Below, one piece after another: positions 43,618 through 53,351 of a stretch of DNA of 64,000 nt (positions within the stretch are counted from its first letter, which is position 1; every line of letters starts with the position of its first letter). A program made the translations under genes and the position numbers. The notes below the pieces were generated by a model. That model was not told the DNA's origin, did not search any database, and saw nothing but the letters and a program-made list of their open reading frames with translations. Where the stretch lies: IMG/VR virus record IMGVR_UViG_3300024341_000001; one strand, written 5' to 3'. Source of the stretch: a virus (taxonomy: Duplodnaviria; Heunggongvirae; Uroviricota; Caudoviricetes).

Positions 43618-43828
43618 ATTTTATATGTTTAATTAATTTTATTTTGTCTAAGCGTATATAAAGATCGGAATCAACACAGGCCCATTCTTTCGATAGTGGA
43701 TTAGTTGTTGGAATCGGAGATAATTTTCCCCATTCTACATCTATAGCCATAAACATACCAATAGACATGTGTGGCCAATCTTGTATAACAATACCTAAAC
43801 ATTCATTGTTAAAAGTGTCAAATGTCAT
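43544..43828 (-). CDS. Hypothetical protein
   Basis: 94-aa ORF. Confidence 0.45.
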   Translation of the reverse strand: MTFDTFNNECLGIVIQDWPHMSIGMFMAIDVEWGKLSPIPTTNPLSKEWACVDSDLYIRLDKIKLIKHIKYAEKLKQETKSIFDDNSPGKSAIG

Positions 43829-44330
43829 TAAAATACTTTAAATAATTATCGATTTCCGTAAGCCATTTCTGGTCGAATTCAGCATAAGGAAGGCTTCGGC
43901 GTGAGGATTCATCATACCAATATTTTTTGACAAAAGCAAGTGGCGTGACAAACGCATGATCGACATGTAGTTTCTTAAAATGTATCAGAAAAAAGGCTGT
44001 TCCTCCACAGTCTTCAAAATACTCCAAAAATATTAATTGATGCTGTTTAATATTATTTAGAGGAAACGAAGTTTTACTTAACGTTTCTTTTGCATCAAAG
44101 GCTATACCTTGCCCTACAACGATTTCGTCATAATCAATGGAAGAGTACTTATTATGTTCTTTCATTGATCTTTTATAAATACCTGTGAAATCTACTGTAC
44201 TTTGTTTTGGTATGAGCCCTTGGTTGGTAAGGAGAATAGGAACTTCAACCTTATTGATTACCGCAACTTTATTTTTGCGGTACTTAAGATTGGCTTGTTG
44301 TATCCTCTTCTCTAGTTGATTCATTGACAT
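43818..44330 (-). CDS. recU: RecU Holliday junction resolvase
   Basis: STVDFTG, IAFDAKET, NIKQHQLIFL. Confidence 0.9.
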   Translation of the reverse strand: MSMNQLEKRIQQANLKYRKNKVAVINKVEVPILLTNQGLIPKQSTVDFTGIYKRSMKEHNKYSSIDYDEIVVGQGIAFDAKETLSKTSFPLNNIKQHQLIFLEYFEDCGGTAFFLIHFKKLHVDHAFVTPLAFVKKYWYDESSRRSLPYAEFDQKWLTEIDNYLKYFNDI

Positions 44331-44459
44331 CGATTGATACTACGATTCCTCTATCTTGGAATATTTTATATAATATATCCAAGAGTTTCTTTTGTGTATT
44401 AGGATTAGTGACAAAGTCAGCGGCGTCCTCTATAACTTTAATTTGGATCAGTAAGTCGT

Positions 44460-45119
44460 TCATCTTTTTCCTCGGACTTTATTTTTTCTGCTATTTTTAC
44501 TCCTGTGTCCACCAGTTCCAGAATTTTTTCCTTTTGGCTGTGCAATGAGTTTACTATTGCTTCGATCGACTCCACTATTTGTGTTACTATTTCCATTTTC
44601 TAATTCCTTTATTCTTTTTAATTCTTTTTCTACTTCTTCCGTAGTTAAAACATTTGTTGCTGAAGGAGCTAATGATACAGCACGGCGAGTTATGGAGAAC
44701 TCTCGTTCTTTATCTGTAAGTTTATCTTTTATTTTTACTTTTTTCTTTAATACCGGTTGCGCGCGAGCGCAGGATTCCGATACTGATATTATTTTATACA
44801 GTTCATTATTTAACTTTGTATAGTCACCAATCTTAAATAATTTTTCTGCAGCTTTTGGTTTGATGTCGTTATTTATTTTGTATGTTCCAGGTACTATCAT
44901 GCCGATCGAAGCTAAATCATCTGTTTCTAATGATTTTATATTTTCATCTAAAACCATGTCTCTATGTATGACATTTTCAGAAGCTTCGTCTACTACCTCT
45001 ACATGAATTATACCTCTGTCTGAAATGGAAAGAGCAGCTTTTCGGGCTGCTCTTATCGCACTATCCTTTGTATCACGGCTACCCCTGTGGTTGCCGTTTA
45101 TCTTGTACTGAAATTTCAT
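44460..45119 (-). CDS. Hypothetical protein with basic tail
   Basis: Start revised to MKFQYK. Confidence 0.55.
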   Translation of the reverse strand: MKFQYKINGNHRGSRDTKDSAIRAARKAALSISDRGIIHVEVVDEASENVIHRDMVLDENIKSLETDDLASIGMIVPGTYKINNDIKPKAAEKLFKIGDYTKLNNELYKIISVSESCARAQPVLKKKVKIKDKLTDKEREFSITRRAVSLAPSATNVLTTEEVEKELKRIKELENGNSNTNSGVDRSNSKLIAQPKGKNSGTGGHRSKNSRKNKVRGKR

Positions 45120-45315
45120 GCTTTTTTCGTTTTTGATCAGCCAGGAATTCTTCAAAAGCTAATACATTCCTAAGTTCTGTATAATTACCTAGTATTTTAT
45201 GATATTTTGTCAGAGTGATCTCTCCCTCTGCGTGACATGTACCACATCGTCTTCGTAATGCTTTTATTTTTCCTGTACCGTTACATCCGCCCGGGCATGG
45301 CATCGTGAGCTTCAT
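45079..45315 (-). CDS. DnaJ-type Zn-finger small protein
   Basis: CPGGCNGTG...CGTCHAEG. Confidence 0.55.
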   Translation of the reverse strand: MKLTMPCPGGCNGTGKIKALRRRCGTCHAEGEITLTKYHKILGNYTELRNVLAFEEFLADQKRKKHEISVQDKRQPQG

Positions 45316-45321
45316 ATTACC

Positions 45322-46044
45322 TCATGAAATTAGTTGACGATTCTTATGTAATTGTTTTTTAATATACGAAAGATTGTACTTTGTAAATAAATTTCGTATC
45401 TCTTCGTTTTTAATCTTATGTAACGTATTAGCATCTAACCACCGCATCAAATTAGTCGGTCTAAATTTTGCAAATGTGGGTGTCTGTAAAATACTACGTG
45501 CTACGAATCCATTTTTATCACTATGAACAGTGTAGCGTTTTATCCAGTTCATTGCTTCCCAGAAATTATTATCGTTGATGATCATTGCCAAGTTAAAGCT
45601 ATATATGACTTCGTTCTTGTAATCGAACTGGTAATCATCGGCAAAGAAGCAAGCCAATATTTCGCTGGTTCCTTCGTACATTGTTTGCCACGACCCAAAA
45701 TTTCCGGCGGAATACTGGTAAAAGTGTATACATTCATGTAAGATTGTGGCCATAGGTATTATGAAATGCGGTACCGCAAGACCTTGAACGTAAGAAAATC
45801 CTTGAAATACCGCCGTATTCGTTCCATGATCAAATATTGCCGGTAACGTAGGTACAGCTGAATTTATTTCCTCTACCGTCGTTTGGCCCGGCTCTGTTCC
45901 ATGCAACTTTGCGAATTGTTCTGGAGTCTTAGCAAAAATTATAGTAAACTTTTGCGGCGGCGTATACCCTAAATGATACGACAAAAATTGTAGTATCTCA
46001 TTTATTTGTGAACGTGTTAAAGCTCTTTGTATGAATTTATCCAT
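45322..46044 (-). CDS. Putative Zn metallopeptidase
   Basis: ILHECIH...YEG. Confidence 0.6.
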   Translation of the reverse strand: MDKFIQRALTRSQINEILQFLSYHLGYTPPQKFTIIFAKTPEQFAKLHGTEPGQTTVEEINSAVPTLPAIFDHGTNTAVFQGFSYVQGLAVPHFIIPMATILHECIHFYQYSAGNFGSWQTMYEGTSEILACFFADDYQFDYKNEVIYSFNLAMIINDNNFWEAMNWIKRYTVHSDKNGFVARSILQTPTFAKFRPTNLMRWLDANTLHKIKNEEIRNLFTKYNLSYIKKQLHKNRQLIS

Positions 46045-46086
46045 AATACATGAAGGCCTCGATATTTACCGAGGCCAATAAAGCTA

Positions 46087-46509
46087 TTAAGCTAAAAGAC
46101 TGTTCTTTTTGCTTGCAACCGTTTCTTCGGTTATTTTGGCGTAGTTTTTTACTGTATTTGATGTTTGATCGTTTGGACCAATACGAATTTCTAACCAAGC
46201 ATTCACCTTTGCACCTTGTAATGCATTGGCTATATCTTGTTCAGTAGCATTTACAGATTCAGCAATATTACTACCAATTGCTTCTAGAATTCCCTTTAAC
46301 TTCCACAGGGATTTATCTGTTAATACAAAATTATCCCATACTAAACGACCTTTAAAGTCTCCATCGAGAATCTTCAAAGTCGCTTTGATCATAGGATTAC
46401 CACTATCTTTTGCAGTTGTTAACTCTGCTTTATCCACCGTTAGGTTATAACGGCCTTCTGGAATAGGATCAAAACTCGATCCCTTAACATCGCGTAAGTT
46501 ATAGCTCAT
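46087..46509 (-). CDS. DUF669-family (SSB-like) protein
   Basis: FDPIPEGRY...GNPMI...GRLVWDN; downstream of AAA_24. Confidence 0.75.
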   Translation of the reverse strand: MSYNLRDVKGSSFDPIPEGRYNLTVDKAELTTAKDSGNPMIKATLKILDGDFKGRLVWDNFVLTDKSLWKLKGILEAIGSNIAESVNATEQDIANALQGAKVNAWLEIRIGPNDQTSNTVKNYAKITEETVASKKNSLLA

Positions 46510-47709
46510 TAATTATTAATACCTAGTTTTGCTTGTAGATCAGTAAGGAACTGCTTTGCCTCGTCTTCTTTCAGATCGAGTAGAGAACCAACATAATAGT
46601 CCTCCTGTAATTTATCTTTTAATTCCCGTTCCTCAAAATGTGGAATAATGTCACGAAGTTTTGTGAAAGTTTCTACTGTTATACCGCCGGTCATCACGGT
46701 TTGACCATCTAGTGTTATAGCAACGGTACGGTTAGAAACTTGATTCAAGCGTTGTACCGCACGGAGTGCAACAGGTTCACGCTCTAGTTCTTTCATATCC
46801 AAGTACTTCGTTAACTCTTGATATGTGTATTCAAACTCTTTTGGTAATGTGTTAGTACGATCTTTTATAACTTTTGCTATTCTGGTATCATTTGGACCAA
46901 ACATAAGTTCAAGGACTATGTCAAATAAATCCATGTGTTAGCTATAGTTTTATATATATCTATAGAGCAGACTGTATCATCTTCATACTTGAAGTCGGTT
47001 GTCAGTCGTTCGAGCGTTTCCGCTACGGAATTGTCCTTACTGGTTAAGGAGTTTCTCCGTTATTCCCGATTTTCCTATAAGATTTCTCTACATAGGCCGC
47101 TATTTTATCCAATATTCGTGTTTTTATCTGTAATTTCAAGATAAACATATTTATTTTAAAAACGAATTGGACCAGTATATTTTCTTTTCATGTCAACGGT
47201 ACTTCCTTTGGACCGTCTGGTTTTTTACCAATTATTTTCATGAATTCACTGCTCTCTGCAGAATATTCATTTTTTGATTTAGCTGTTACAATGATATTAA
47301 GATCTAATGCTAACAACTTGTTTATAAAGGATTTTAAATCAGCCTGAAGCAACCGATAATCCATCGGTTGAAATGTATAATCAGGCTTTGCCTTTTTCAC
47401 CCTTAGACGTTTTAGGTGTTTGTCTTGCAACAAGTCCCAGTATGCGGTCATACTGTCCAAAACAAATGTTTTTATTCCTGTGGGATCTTCGATTAACTCA
47501 TCGACGGCTCGATTTATTTCATCTATATCCGTTGTAAGTAATCGCGTCATTTCAAATTTGTCGACATAAAAATGTGTGCCACCTTCGATGTCGACTACGG
47601 CAGGAGATGGAAAGTATAGCGAAGTTAGCGTTTTCCCAACACCGCTTTCGCCGAATACATACATCTTTAACCGTCTATCGTCTTTAGTTGGTTTTTTAAA
47701 TAAGCTCAT
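46509..47709 (-). CDS. AAA_24-type phage ATPase, two exons (47709-47196 and 46930-46509)
   Basis: GESGVGKT, VDIEGG, VLDS; splicing restores PKEVP-YLFDIVLEL...KDRT (311 aa). Confidence 0.88.
46931..47195 (-). mobile_element. ORF-less group I intron (265 nt)
   Basis: P1 CCGU/GCGG with U.G; P3 TCGG/CCGA; P4 ACGGAG/TTCCGT; P6 AGCG-GAAA-CGCT; P7 GACTG/CAGTC; P8 CTTCA/TGAAG; terminal G. Confidence 0.92.
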
Positions 47710-47712
47710 TAA

Positions 47713-48381
47713 TTATTTTACTATATAATCGATTATAATTTCGTATAACTTGTGAGTAGCCACAACATCGCCTAAACAATACTCGGCGATCTCTTTTATT
47801 TTTCCTTCATTATATGCTTGTTCGACATTTTCTGCGTGTATCTTGCCGTTTTTTGGTGATGGAATACCGAATGCCGCGCATGCATTTTTTAAACTTAAAA
47901 ATCCGTCTCGTCCAGACAATTGAAGCATTACATCAAAATGAGGAGGAAATGGATCAAAGCGTGTATATTGCAGAAAAGACGAATTCGTAGGTATTATCCT
48001 ATGTAACATACTTCGTCTAATAATAAAGGGGACATCGAATCTAACTGAGTTAAACCCAACGAAAACACCATTAAATACACTAATTGCTTTCCAAAATTTT
48101 TCTAAAATAACTTTTTCAGAAGAATCGGTGAGTGCCACTTTTGTGTCACTTGTAGAGTAATACATACCTATACAAATAATTTGTCCTAACAAAGGATCAG
48201 TAGCCATAATTTTACGGCGTTCGCTTGTAACATTGAGCAGTGGATTTGACTTCTGTGCCCTTTCTATCTTACGTGTTATCAGTTCTTCTAGTTCATCGGG
48301 CACAACATCCCGCGTAGGGATGGTTTCGATGTCGAAGGCTAATTGTTTATTAAAAACAGTTGTATCTTTTTGAAAAACCAT
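47713..48381 (-). CDS. PolB-like 3'-5' exonuclease (DEDDy)
   Basis: FDIET, FNSVRFDVPF, YCLGDV. Confidence 0.88.
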   Translation of the reverse strand: MVFQKDTTVFNKQLAFDIETIPTRDVVPDELEELITRKIERAQKSNPLLNVTSERRKIMATDPLLGQIICIGMYYSTSDTKVALTDSSEKVILEKFWKAISVFNGVFVGFNSVRFDVPFIIRRSMLHRIIPTNSSFLQYTRFDPFPPHFDVMLQLSGRDGFLSLKNACAAFGIPSPKNGKIHAENVEQAYNEGKIKEIAEYCLGDVVATHKLYEIIIDYIVK

Positions 48382-48388
48382 TTATACC

Positions 48389-48718
48389 TTATATTAAAAT
48401 ATCTTGAAATCCTAAATACTCATTTATTTTTAAAACTACCTGATCCACCATCTGAAGGTTCTGCAAGTTTTCACAGAATTCCAACTTCACTGGTTTCTTG
48501 TGGGTTAATGCAACGCTTATTAAGTTCTTTAATACCGGCGCCTGAACATCTTTACCAACTGCTATATGAAGATAGGTATTGCCAAGATGCACAATAATGG
48601 TGTCTGACGATGATGTATATTCGTATACTTTGCCGACACGTTTGCCAATCAACTTTTTGTAGTCGTCGGAATGTTGCCCAAGTGAATAAACCGATTTAAA
48701 GAATGTTTTATATATCAT
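48389..48718 (-). CDS. Hypothetical protein
   Basis: 109-aa ORF. Confidence 0.55.
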   Translation of the reverse strand: MIYKTFFKSVYSLGQHSDDYKKLIGKRVGKVYEYTSSSDTIIVHLGNTYLHIAVGKDVQAPVLKNLISVALTHKKPVKLEFCENLQNLQMVDQVVLKINEYLGFQDILI

Positions 48719-49464
48719 GTCAATTCTAAGGGGGCATCAAATGGAGCAATATGAAATTTATTTTCAAGTGTTGCAAATTTCTTCATAAAATGCTCCTTAA
48801 CTTTTTCGGGCGAATTAGTCCTTGGACTTATATGACCAATAACTATTCCCTTTGTCTTAGTCAAATCAAACTCAGATAAAAATTCTAAAGCCTGTGATGT
48901 ACTAAGGTGACCAAAGTTGGAGCTAATACGATCCTTTAATAATTGGTCGTATCCGTCGTAAGTTGCCAATAATTCATCGTCATAATCGCATTCGATGAAA
49001 AAGGCGTTACAATGTTTTGTACGTTCTCGCATAGTTTTGCTGATGCTGCCAGTATCGGTTAAATAGCAGAGAAACGTATTTGTAGCGGGCTCTTCAATTA
49101 TAAAACCCAGTGCAAACTTTGCGTCGTGTTTTGTTGAAAAAGGTTTAACTATCAAAGATTTAATTTGCAGTACAGATGTCTCATTTATATATTTGATTTC
49201 ACAATCATTTAAATCTGTTTCTTTTGCTTTGAAAACAGCTTCATGAATATATATAGGAACTTTGGTTTTACGCCCAACAGGGCCTGCGCCAACAATATGA
49301 TCGCTATGTTCGTGAGAAATAAACAGGGCGCTGAATTCCTTGTGCCCTGTTTTCTCAAAAACCCTTTTTGCCGATATACCGCAATCGATTAAGATGCGTG
49401 TATTATCGTTATAAATTAATGTGCAGTTCCCGGAACTCGAGGAACCCACAGGTAATATTTTCAT
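48715..49464 (-). CDS. Metallo-beta-lactamase-fold nuclease (YycJ/PhnP-like)
   Basis: GSSSSGN, IDCG, SHEHSDH, HD, TDTG, GHLS. Confidence 0.9.
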   Translation of the reverse strand: MKILPVGSSSSGNCTLIYNDNTRILIDCGISAKRVFEKTGHKEFSALFISHEHSDHIVGAGPVGRKTKVPIYIHEAVFKAKETDLNDCEIKYINETSVLQIKSLIVKPFSTKHDAKFALGFIIEEPATNTFLCYLTDTGSISKTMRERTKHCNAFFIECDYDDELLATYDGYDQLLKDRISSNFGHLSTSQALEFLSEFDLTKTKGIVIGHISPRTNSPEKVKEHFMKKFATLENKFHIAPFDAPLELT

Positions 49465-49473
49465 TACTTAATC

Positions 49474-49914
49474 CTATTTACTAAAATGTATTTTTACGGG
49501 TAATACCCGCCAGTCGGAAATATGCCATCTTCGTATTTGACCTATTTGCCTGGCGCTTAATCCTATTCGTATCAAGCGGTGTATTACAGGAGACGGTGTA
49601 TTTCCTAGTGTACGCAATGTATCAAGAACGGTAGTTCGTGAAAAATCAGTGAAAATCGGATATGCAACATGACCGCTTTTGGTATACGATAATTCTTGTG
49701 TGCGCACACCATAGTAATTATCGATACCTCTTTCAACAACTTTTAATGTAAAGCCGGTATGATCAAATTTTTTATTTGCGTCTGATTCGACGTTTTCCGT
49801 GGTTACCATTATCAAAAAAGTTTGTACCTGGACTGAATGATATTTGCGTTTTAGGCGTGTGTATGGTTTTAAGGCTGTTTTTGTGATGTTCTGACTAGAT
49901 CTTTTTCGATCCAT
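49474..49914 (-). CDS. Hypothetical protein
   Basis: 146 aa, start uncertain. Confidence 0.45.
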   Translation of the reverse strand: MDRKRSSQNITKTALKPYTRLKRKYHSVQVQTFLIMVTTENVESDANKKFDHTGFTLKVVERGIDNYYGVRTQELSYTKSGHVAYPIFTDFSRTTVLDTLRTLGNTPSPVIHRLIRIGLSARQIGQIRRWHISDWRVLPVKIHFSK

Positions 49915-50162
49915 TCTTTGCTATTCCTCAAGAAAAGTGTTATGTCTTCTTCGATTTGCCACATTGTTTGCAGCCAAATAACATAGTCTTCATCCCGCAA
50001 ATCATCTTCTTTCAAACTGCGTACGCATACATACTTATCGTTATATTTAACTATTTTTATATCGTATTGTTCGCTTTTTAATGATTTTAATTCTTGGGGA
50101 GATGTGGTGTAGTTTGTCACTAAAACTATATATTTGTCGAAGTATTTACTAAAGTCTGTCAT
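49869..50162 (-). CDS. Hypothetical protein
   Basis: 97 aa behind a promoter. Confidence 0.55.
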   Translation of the reverse strand: MTDFSKYFDKYIVLVTNYTTSPQELKSLKSEQYDIKIVKYNDKYVCVRSLKEDDLRDEDYVIWLQTMWQIEEDITLFLRNSKEWIEKDLVRTSQKQP

Positions 50163-50168
50163 TGCTTA

Positions 50169-50197
50169 AATATACTAAATTTGTGTATTAAAAGCAA
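50169..50197 (-). promoter_or_regulatory. Sigma70-like promoter
   Basis: TTGCTT-17-TATATT. Confidence 0.55.
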
Positions 50198-50204
50198 ATT
50201 AAAC

Positions 50205-50627
50205 TTATAATTCTACTCCTGCTCTTTTTAATAAGTCAAAGCTATGTTTTTGGTCGTCTTTAGGATACATAGAATTCGAAGTTAATCGTAATTCTTCCCA
50301 TCTAACCTTACCATCATCAATTAATTTTTTTATGTTGCGTTGTGTACGATTTAGTCCTGACGCTCCAGTTTTAATTTCTAAAAATATTATTGCATTATCG
50401 TCAAATACAATATAATCTACAGGCATCCCTAAAAAATGAGCTCTTTTTGGATCATATTGAAAATGTTTCAGATACGGAACCAAATGTTCGGCTATTTGTC
50501 CCAGGCGGACTTCTGATGCTTTCTTTTGTCGATATATCTTTAAATATTGCACCCTGTAAAAGAATGCCGTATAAATTAAGGCAATAATTAACGTTGTAAC
50601 AATAATTATGATATAGGTGTTAAACAT
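50205..50627 (-). CDS. Holliday-junction-resolvase-like PD-(D/E)xK endonuclease with N-terminal TM
   Basis: GQIAEHLVP...FLGMPVDYIVF...FLEIKTG. Confidence 0.8.
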   Translation of the reverse strand: MFNTYIIIIVTTLIIALIYTAFFYRVQYLKIYRQKKASEVRLGQIAEHLVPYLKHFQYDPKRAHFLGMPVDYIVFDDNAIIFLEIKTGASGLNRTQRNIKKLIDDGKVRWEELRLTSNSMYPKDDQKHSFDLLKRAGVEL

Positions 50628-51687
50628 TTGATAATTCTTTTTCGATTTTGGTTTTTAACAATTCTATCTTATCATTTGACGGTGGAACCATGGTACCACG
50701 TCTATCCGCTTCTCGCACTTTTATAAGTTGATATATGTTTTCTTTGCCGACTCTTTTAATTAGACGACGCACGCCCTTTACGGTTAACTTCGGGTCCGCG
50801 TCAAACATATGATTCTCTATTAATATCTTTACAGTTTGTATTAGAGACGGCGGTAATTTATATTTTGTCATGTATGTTACAGCGAGCTCGGCGCCTACAA
50901 ATTCGTGTTTGAAAAAATGCATTTTACCATCGGAAGTAATATCCATAGTAGTTGGTTTTGCCATATCATGAAATAACATAGTCCATCTGATTTCTTCTTC
51001 AAGTGCTGCCGCATTTATAGCCAACAATATGTGTTCAAATACATTGATGCCTTCGCCCCGACGTGTTTGACGAATATTGTTACAACGTGCTAACTCTGGA
51101 AAAATATATTGTAGTACGTTGGTCTCTAACATCAAACGAAAACCATGCCCCGGATTTTTTGACATAATTATTTGTTGCAATTGTTTTCCAATATATGCTG
51201 GGTTGCTCTTTACTACATTCTTGATCAATCGTGAATGTTCGTACATTGTTACCCACGTTGGGACATCTACGGCAAAAGAGGTTTGCGCAGCAATGCGACA
51301 TATCCGTAATAACTCTTCGGGGTAATCGAGAAATGTGGAGGTATTGGCACGAATGAGTTTATTCTTTAAATCATCGGCGCGAAATACCTTGCCATCCAGA
51401 CTGAGAATAGCATTGTTTATCGATATAGGATCAAATGGTACACTATCTATACTATTCAAAAAATACAATTCATATGTTGTGTCACCGTCACTTATCTGCA
51501 GTGTTGGTTTTGTTCTGTGCAATGTATAGTTATCTAACAATGGAATTACCTGTTCGCGGGTTACTCCAATTATAGCTAACTTATAATACTGCACTTTTAT
51601 TTTTAATGCTGTTGCCCAAACACATTCACCAAATAAGTAGATCGTGGCCCCTAGTTTTTCAATAGCAAAGATTAAGTTGTTATCCAT
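50620..51687 (-). CDS. CCA-enzyme paralog with degenerate nucleotidyltransferase head and intact HD domain
   Basis: PEELLRICRIAAQ body; FEH...LFHDMAKP...H..VGA...HM HD motifs; DxD and RRD motifs lost. Confidence 0.8.
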   Translation of the reverse strand: MDNNLIFAIEKLGATIYLFGECVWATALKIKVQYYKLAIIGVTREQVIPLLDNYTLHRTKPTLQISDGDTTYELYFLNSIDSVPFDPISINNAILSLDGKVFRADDLKNKLIRANTSTFLDYPEELLRICRIAAQTSFAVDVPTWVTMYEHSRLIKNVVKSNPAYIGKQLQQIIMSKNPGHGFRLMLETNVLQYIFPELARCNNIRQTRRGEGINVFEHILLAINAAALEEEIRWTMLFHDMAKPTTMDITSDGKMHFFKHEFVGAELAVTYMTKYKLPPSLIQTVKILIENHMFDADPKLTVKGVRRLIKRVGKENIYQLIKVREADRRGTMVPPSNDKIELLKTKIEKELSNV

Positions 51688-52115
51688 AAACCGGTTCTTA
51701 AGTCTTCTCGCATAGTTTCATATGTCGGTGCTTTCATAAACATATCTGGTTGCATACTTATAGAATTAAATAATCGTCGTGAATTCAATCCAATATGGCC
51801 CTCTATAATTCCTATGACATTGATAGACTGTGGTCTTGTGTAATGTACACGCATACGTATTCTTGATAAAAATACATGTGCGAGCGATGAAACTACATTT
51901 GTAATAATCATATGATGCGTATCATCATGCTGTGTACTTGGTAAGAATAACCAAAAATTATTTAAATGTACAACGGAGAAAGGCACGGAGATTTTACTGG
52001 AGTCCAATGCTGTAGCAATCTCGAGTTGTTTCGCTACATAATCAAATTTATCTCTGAATGCAAACTGAAAGCAGTCATAGTTGTCTGTCATCTGGAATGG
52101 CTGCATTGAAATCAT
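51672..52115 (-). CDS. Hypothetical protein
   Basis: 147-aa ORF. Confidence 0.55.
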   Translation of the reverse strand: MISMQPFQMTDNYDCFQFAFRDKFDYVAKQLEIATALDSSKISVPFSVVHLNNFWLFLPSTQHDDTHHMIITNVVSSLAHVFLSRIRMRVHYTRPQSINVIGIIEGHIGLNSRRLFNSISMQPDMFMKAPTYETMREDLRTGLWITT

Positions 52116-52332
52116 GGTGTATCCTATGTATAGTCACGCTGTGATTTTTAAAAACATGCGCATCACAAGTACAAATTAGATGCGTCGGTCGCTTTGGAGC
52201 TGTCGGGTTAGCTAGTGTTTCTAGTCGACATGTGCCGTGTGAAACAGTTACTTTTCTATAATATAAACAATTGCCACACGCTCTAGCGACCTGATACCCT
52301 GGCGGCGTATAATCAGTGTTTGGTAGAGACAT
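52075..52332 (-). CDS. Cys-rich hypothetical protein
   Basis: CGNC...CRL...CDAH. Confidence 0.55.
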   Translation of the reverse strand: MSLPNTDYTPPGYQVARACGNCLYYRKVTVSHGTCRLETLANPTAPKRPTHLICTCDAHVFKNHSVTIHRIHHDFNAAIPDDRQL

Positions 52333-52552
52333 GTTTAAATCCTTTATTAGTACAATATTTTTTTAGTTCTTCAATAGTACTTTGCATACTACTAAACGAA
52401 TCTCGCTTTAAAAATTCTTGGTGAAACTGAAAATCTGTCTCATCTTTTACGCTGCCGTAACTAAAATAAACGGCAAACAACTTATCTACCTGTTTGCCGG
52501 TTATCTCGTAATAAAAAACAATTCCACTTGTTAGCTTTTGTTCGTAGCGCAT
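52313..52552 (-). CDS. Hypothetical protein
   Basis: 79-aa ORF. Confidence 0.45.
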   Translation of the reverse strand: MRYEQKLTSGIVFYYEITGKQVDKLFAVYFSYGSVKDETDFQFHQEFLKRDSFSSMQSTIEELKKYCTNKGFKHVSTKH

Positions 52553-52899
52553 GATTCTAGTTCTGATGTGGCTTCGGCAGCTGTGGCTATTAATTCCGAC
52601 AATGCTTCGGAAAGTCCTAATAAATTCTGTCCGTTATTATAATATTTACAGACTTGTACTAGTTCCTCATAAAGAACCTTTATAGCGTCTAATTGATTTG
52701 CATTCTCTAGTTGTTGCGCCACCTGTTTGAAAACATATAACATTTGTTGCGTAAATACTGCTTTTGGTATATTGCTTTTGTCTTGTAATAACTCGTCAAA
52801 TCTTGCTTCGATCTTATCCGCTATTTCTTCGATAGTGCTCTCTGACGCTAAATTTGCAGTCGGATATTTTCTTAATACTTCTTTTATAATTTCAGTCAT
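52531..52899 (-). CDS. Hypothetical protein
   Basis: 122-aa ORF. Confidence 0.55.
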   Translation of the reverse strand: MTEIIKEVLRKYPTANLASESTIEEIADKIEARFDELLQDKSNIPKAVFTQQMLYVFKQVAQQLENANQLDAIKVLYEELVQVCKYYNNGQNLLGLSEALSELIATAAEATSELESCATNKS

Positions 52900-52907
52900 T
52901 TAAGTCC

Positions 52908-53351
52908 TTAAATTAATTTTCCGGTCATATGATCCAACTCATGTTGTATAATAATTGCCGGCATACCGACAAATTTATCAACGTGTGGAGTACCTTCCTC
53001 ATCCATATATGATACGGTAACGATTTCTCGACGAATACATCTTTTCTTATACCCGGGTTTTGACATACATCCTTCTTCAAACGAGAAGTATTTACCCGAT
53101 CTTTTTGCCGTTGCATTTATAAATACTTTCCAATTATCAGAAATATTTACTACAAATACATGCGGTATGGGCTCATTTTCTTTTGTCCAGATTTGATTAC
53201 TTGCCAGCCCCATACATATTTCATAGTTCTTAGCGGTGTCTATTAAATCTACTGCCAACAAGGCCGCTGGGCCCACTTCACCACGAGTAGCTGGTGTTCG
53301 TAATATCCGCAATTGTGCCTCGTTATCTGCTTTATTTATCGACACAACCAT
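52908..53351 (-). CDS. def: Peptide deformylase
   Basis: GLASNQI, EGCMS, QHELDH. Confidence 0.92.
   Translation of the reverse strand: MVVSINKADNEAQLRILRTPATRGEVGPAALLAVDLIDTAKNYEICMGLASNQIWTKENEPIPHVFVVNISDNWKVFINATAKRSGKYFSFEEGCMSKPGYKKRCIRREIVTVSYMDEEGTPHVDKFVGMPAIIIQHELDHMTGKLI

Noticed and set aside
46931-47189. Alternative splice junction ACAT|ATTTATTT (12-nt complement within the intron)
   Set aside because: It lacks the U.G pair. CCGU/GCGG next to P2 gives the canonical P1 and the better protein motif PYLFD.
43818-50627. Two different junction-resolvase-like genes as a novel system
   Set aside because: Redundant nucleases are common in large phages, and nothing links these two.
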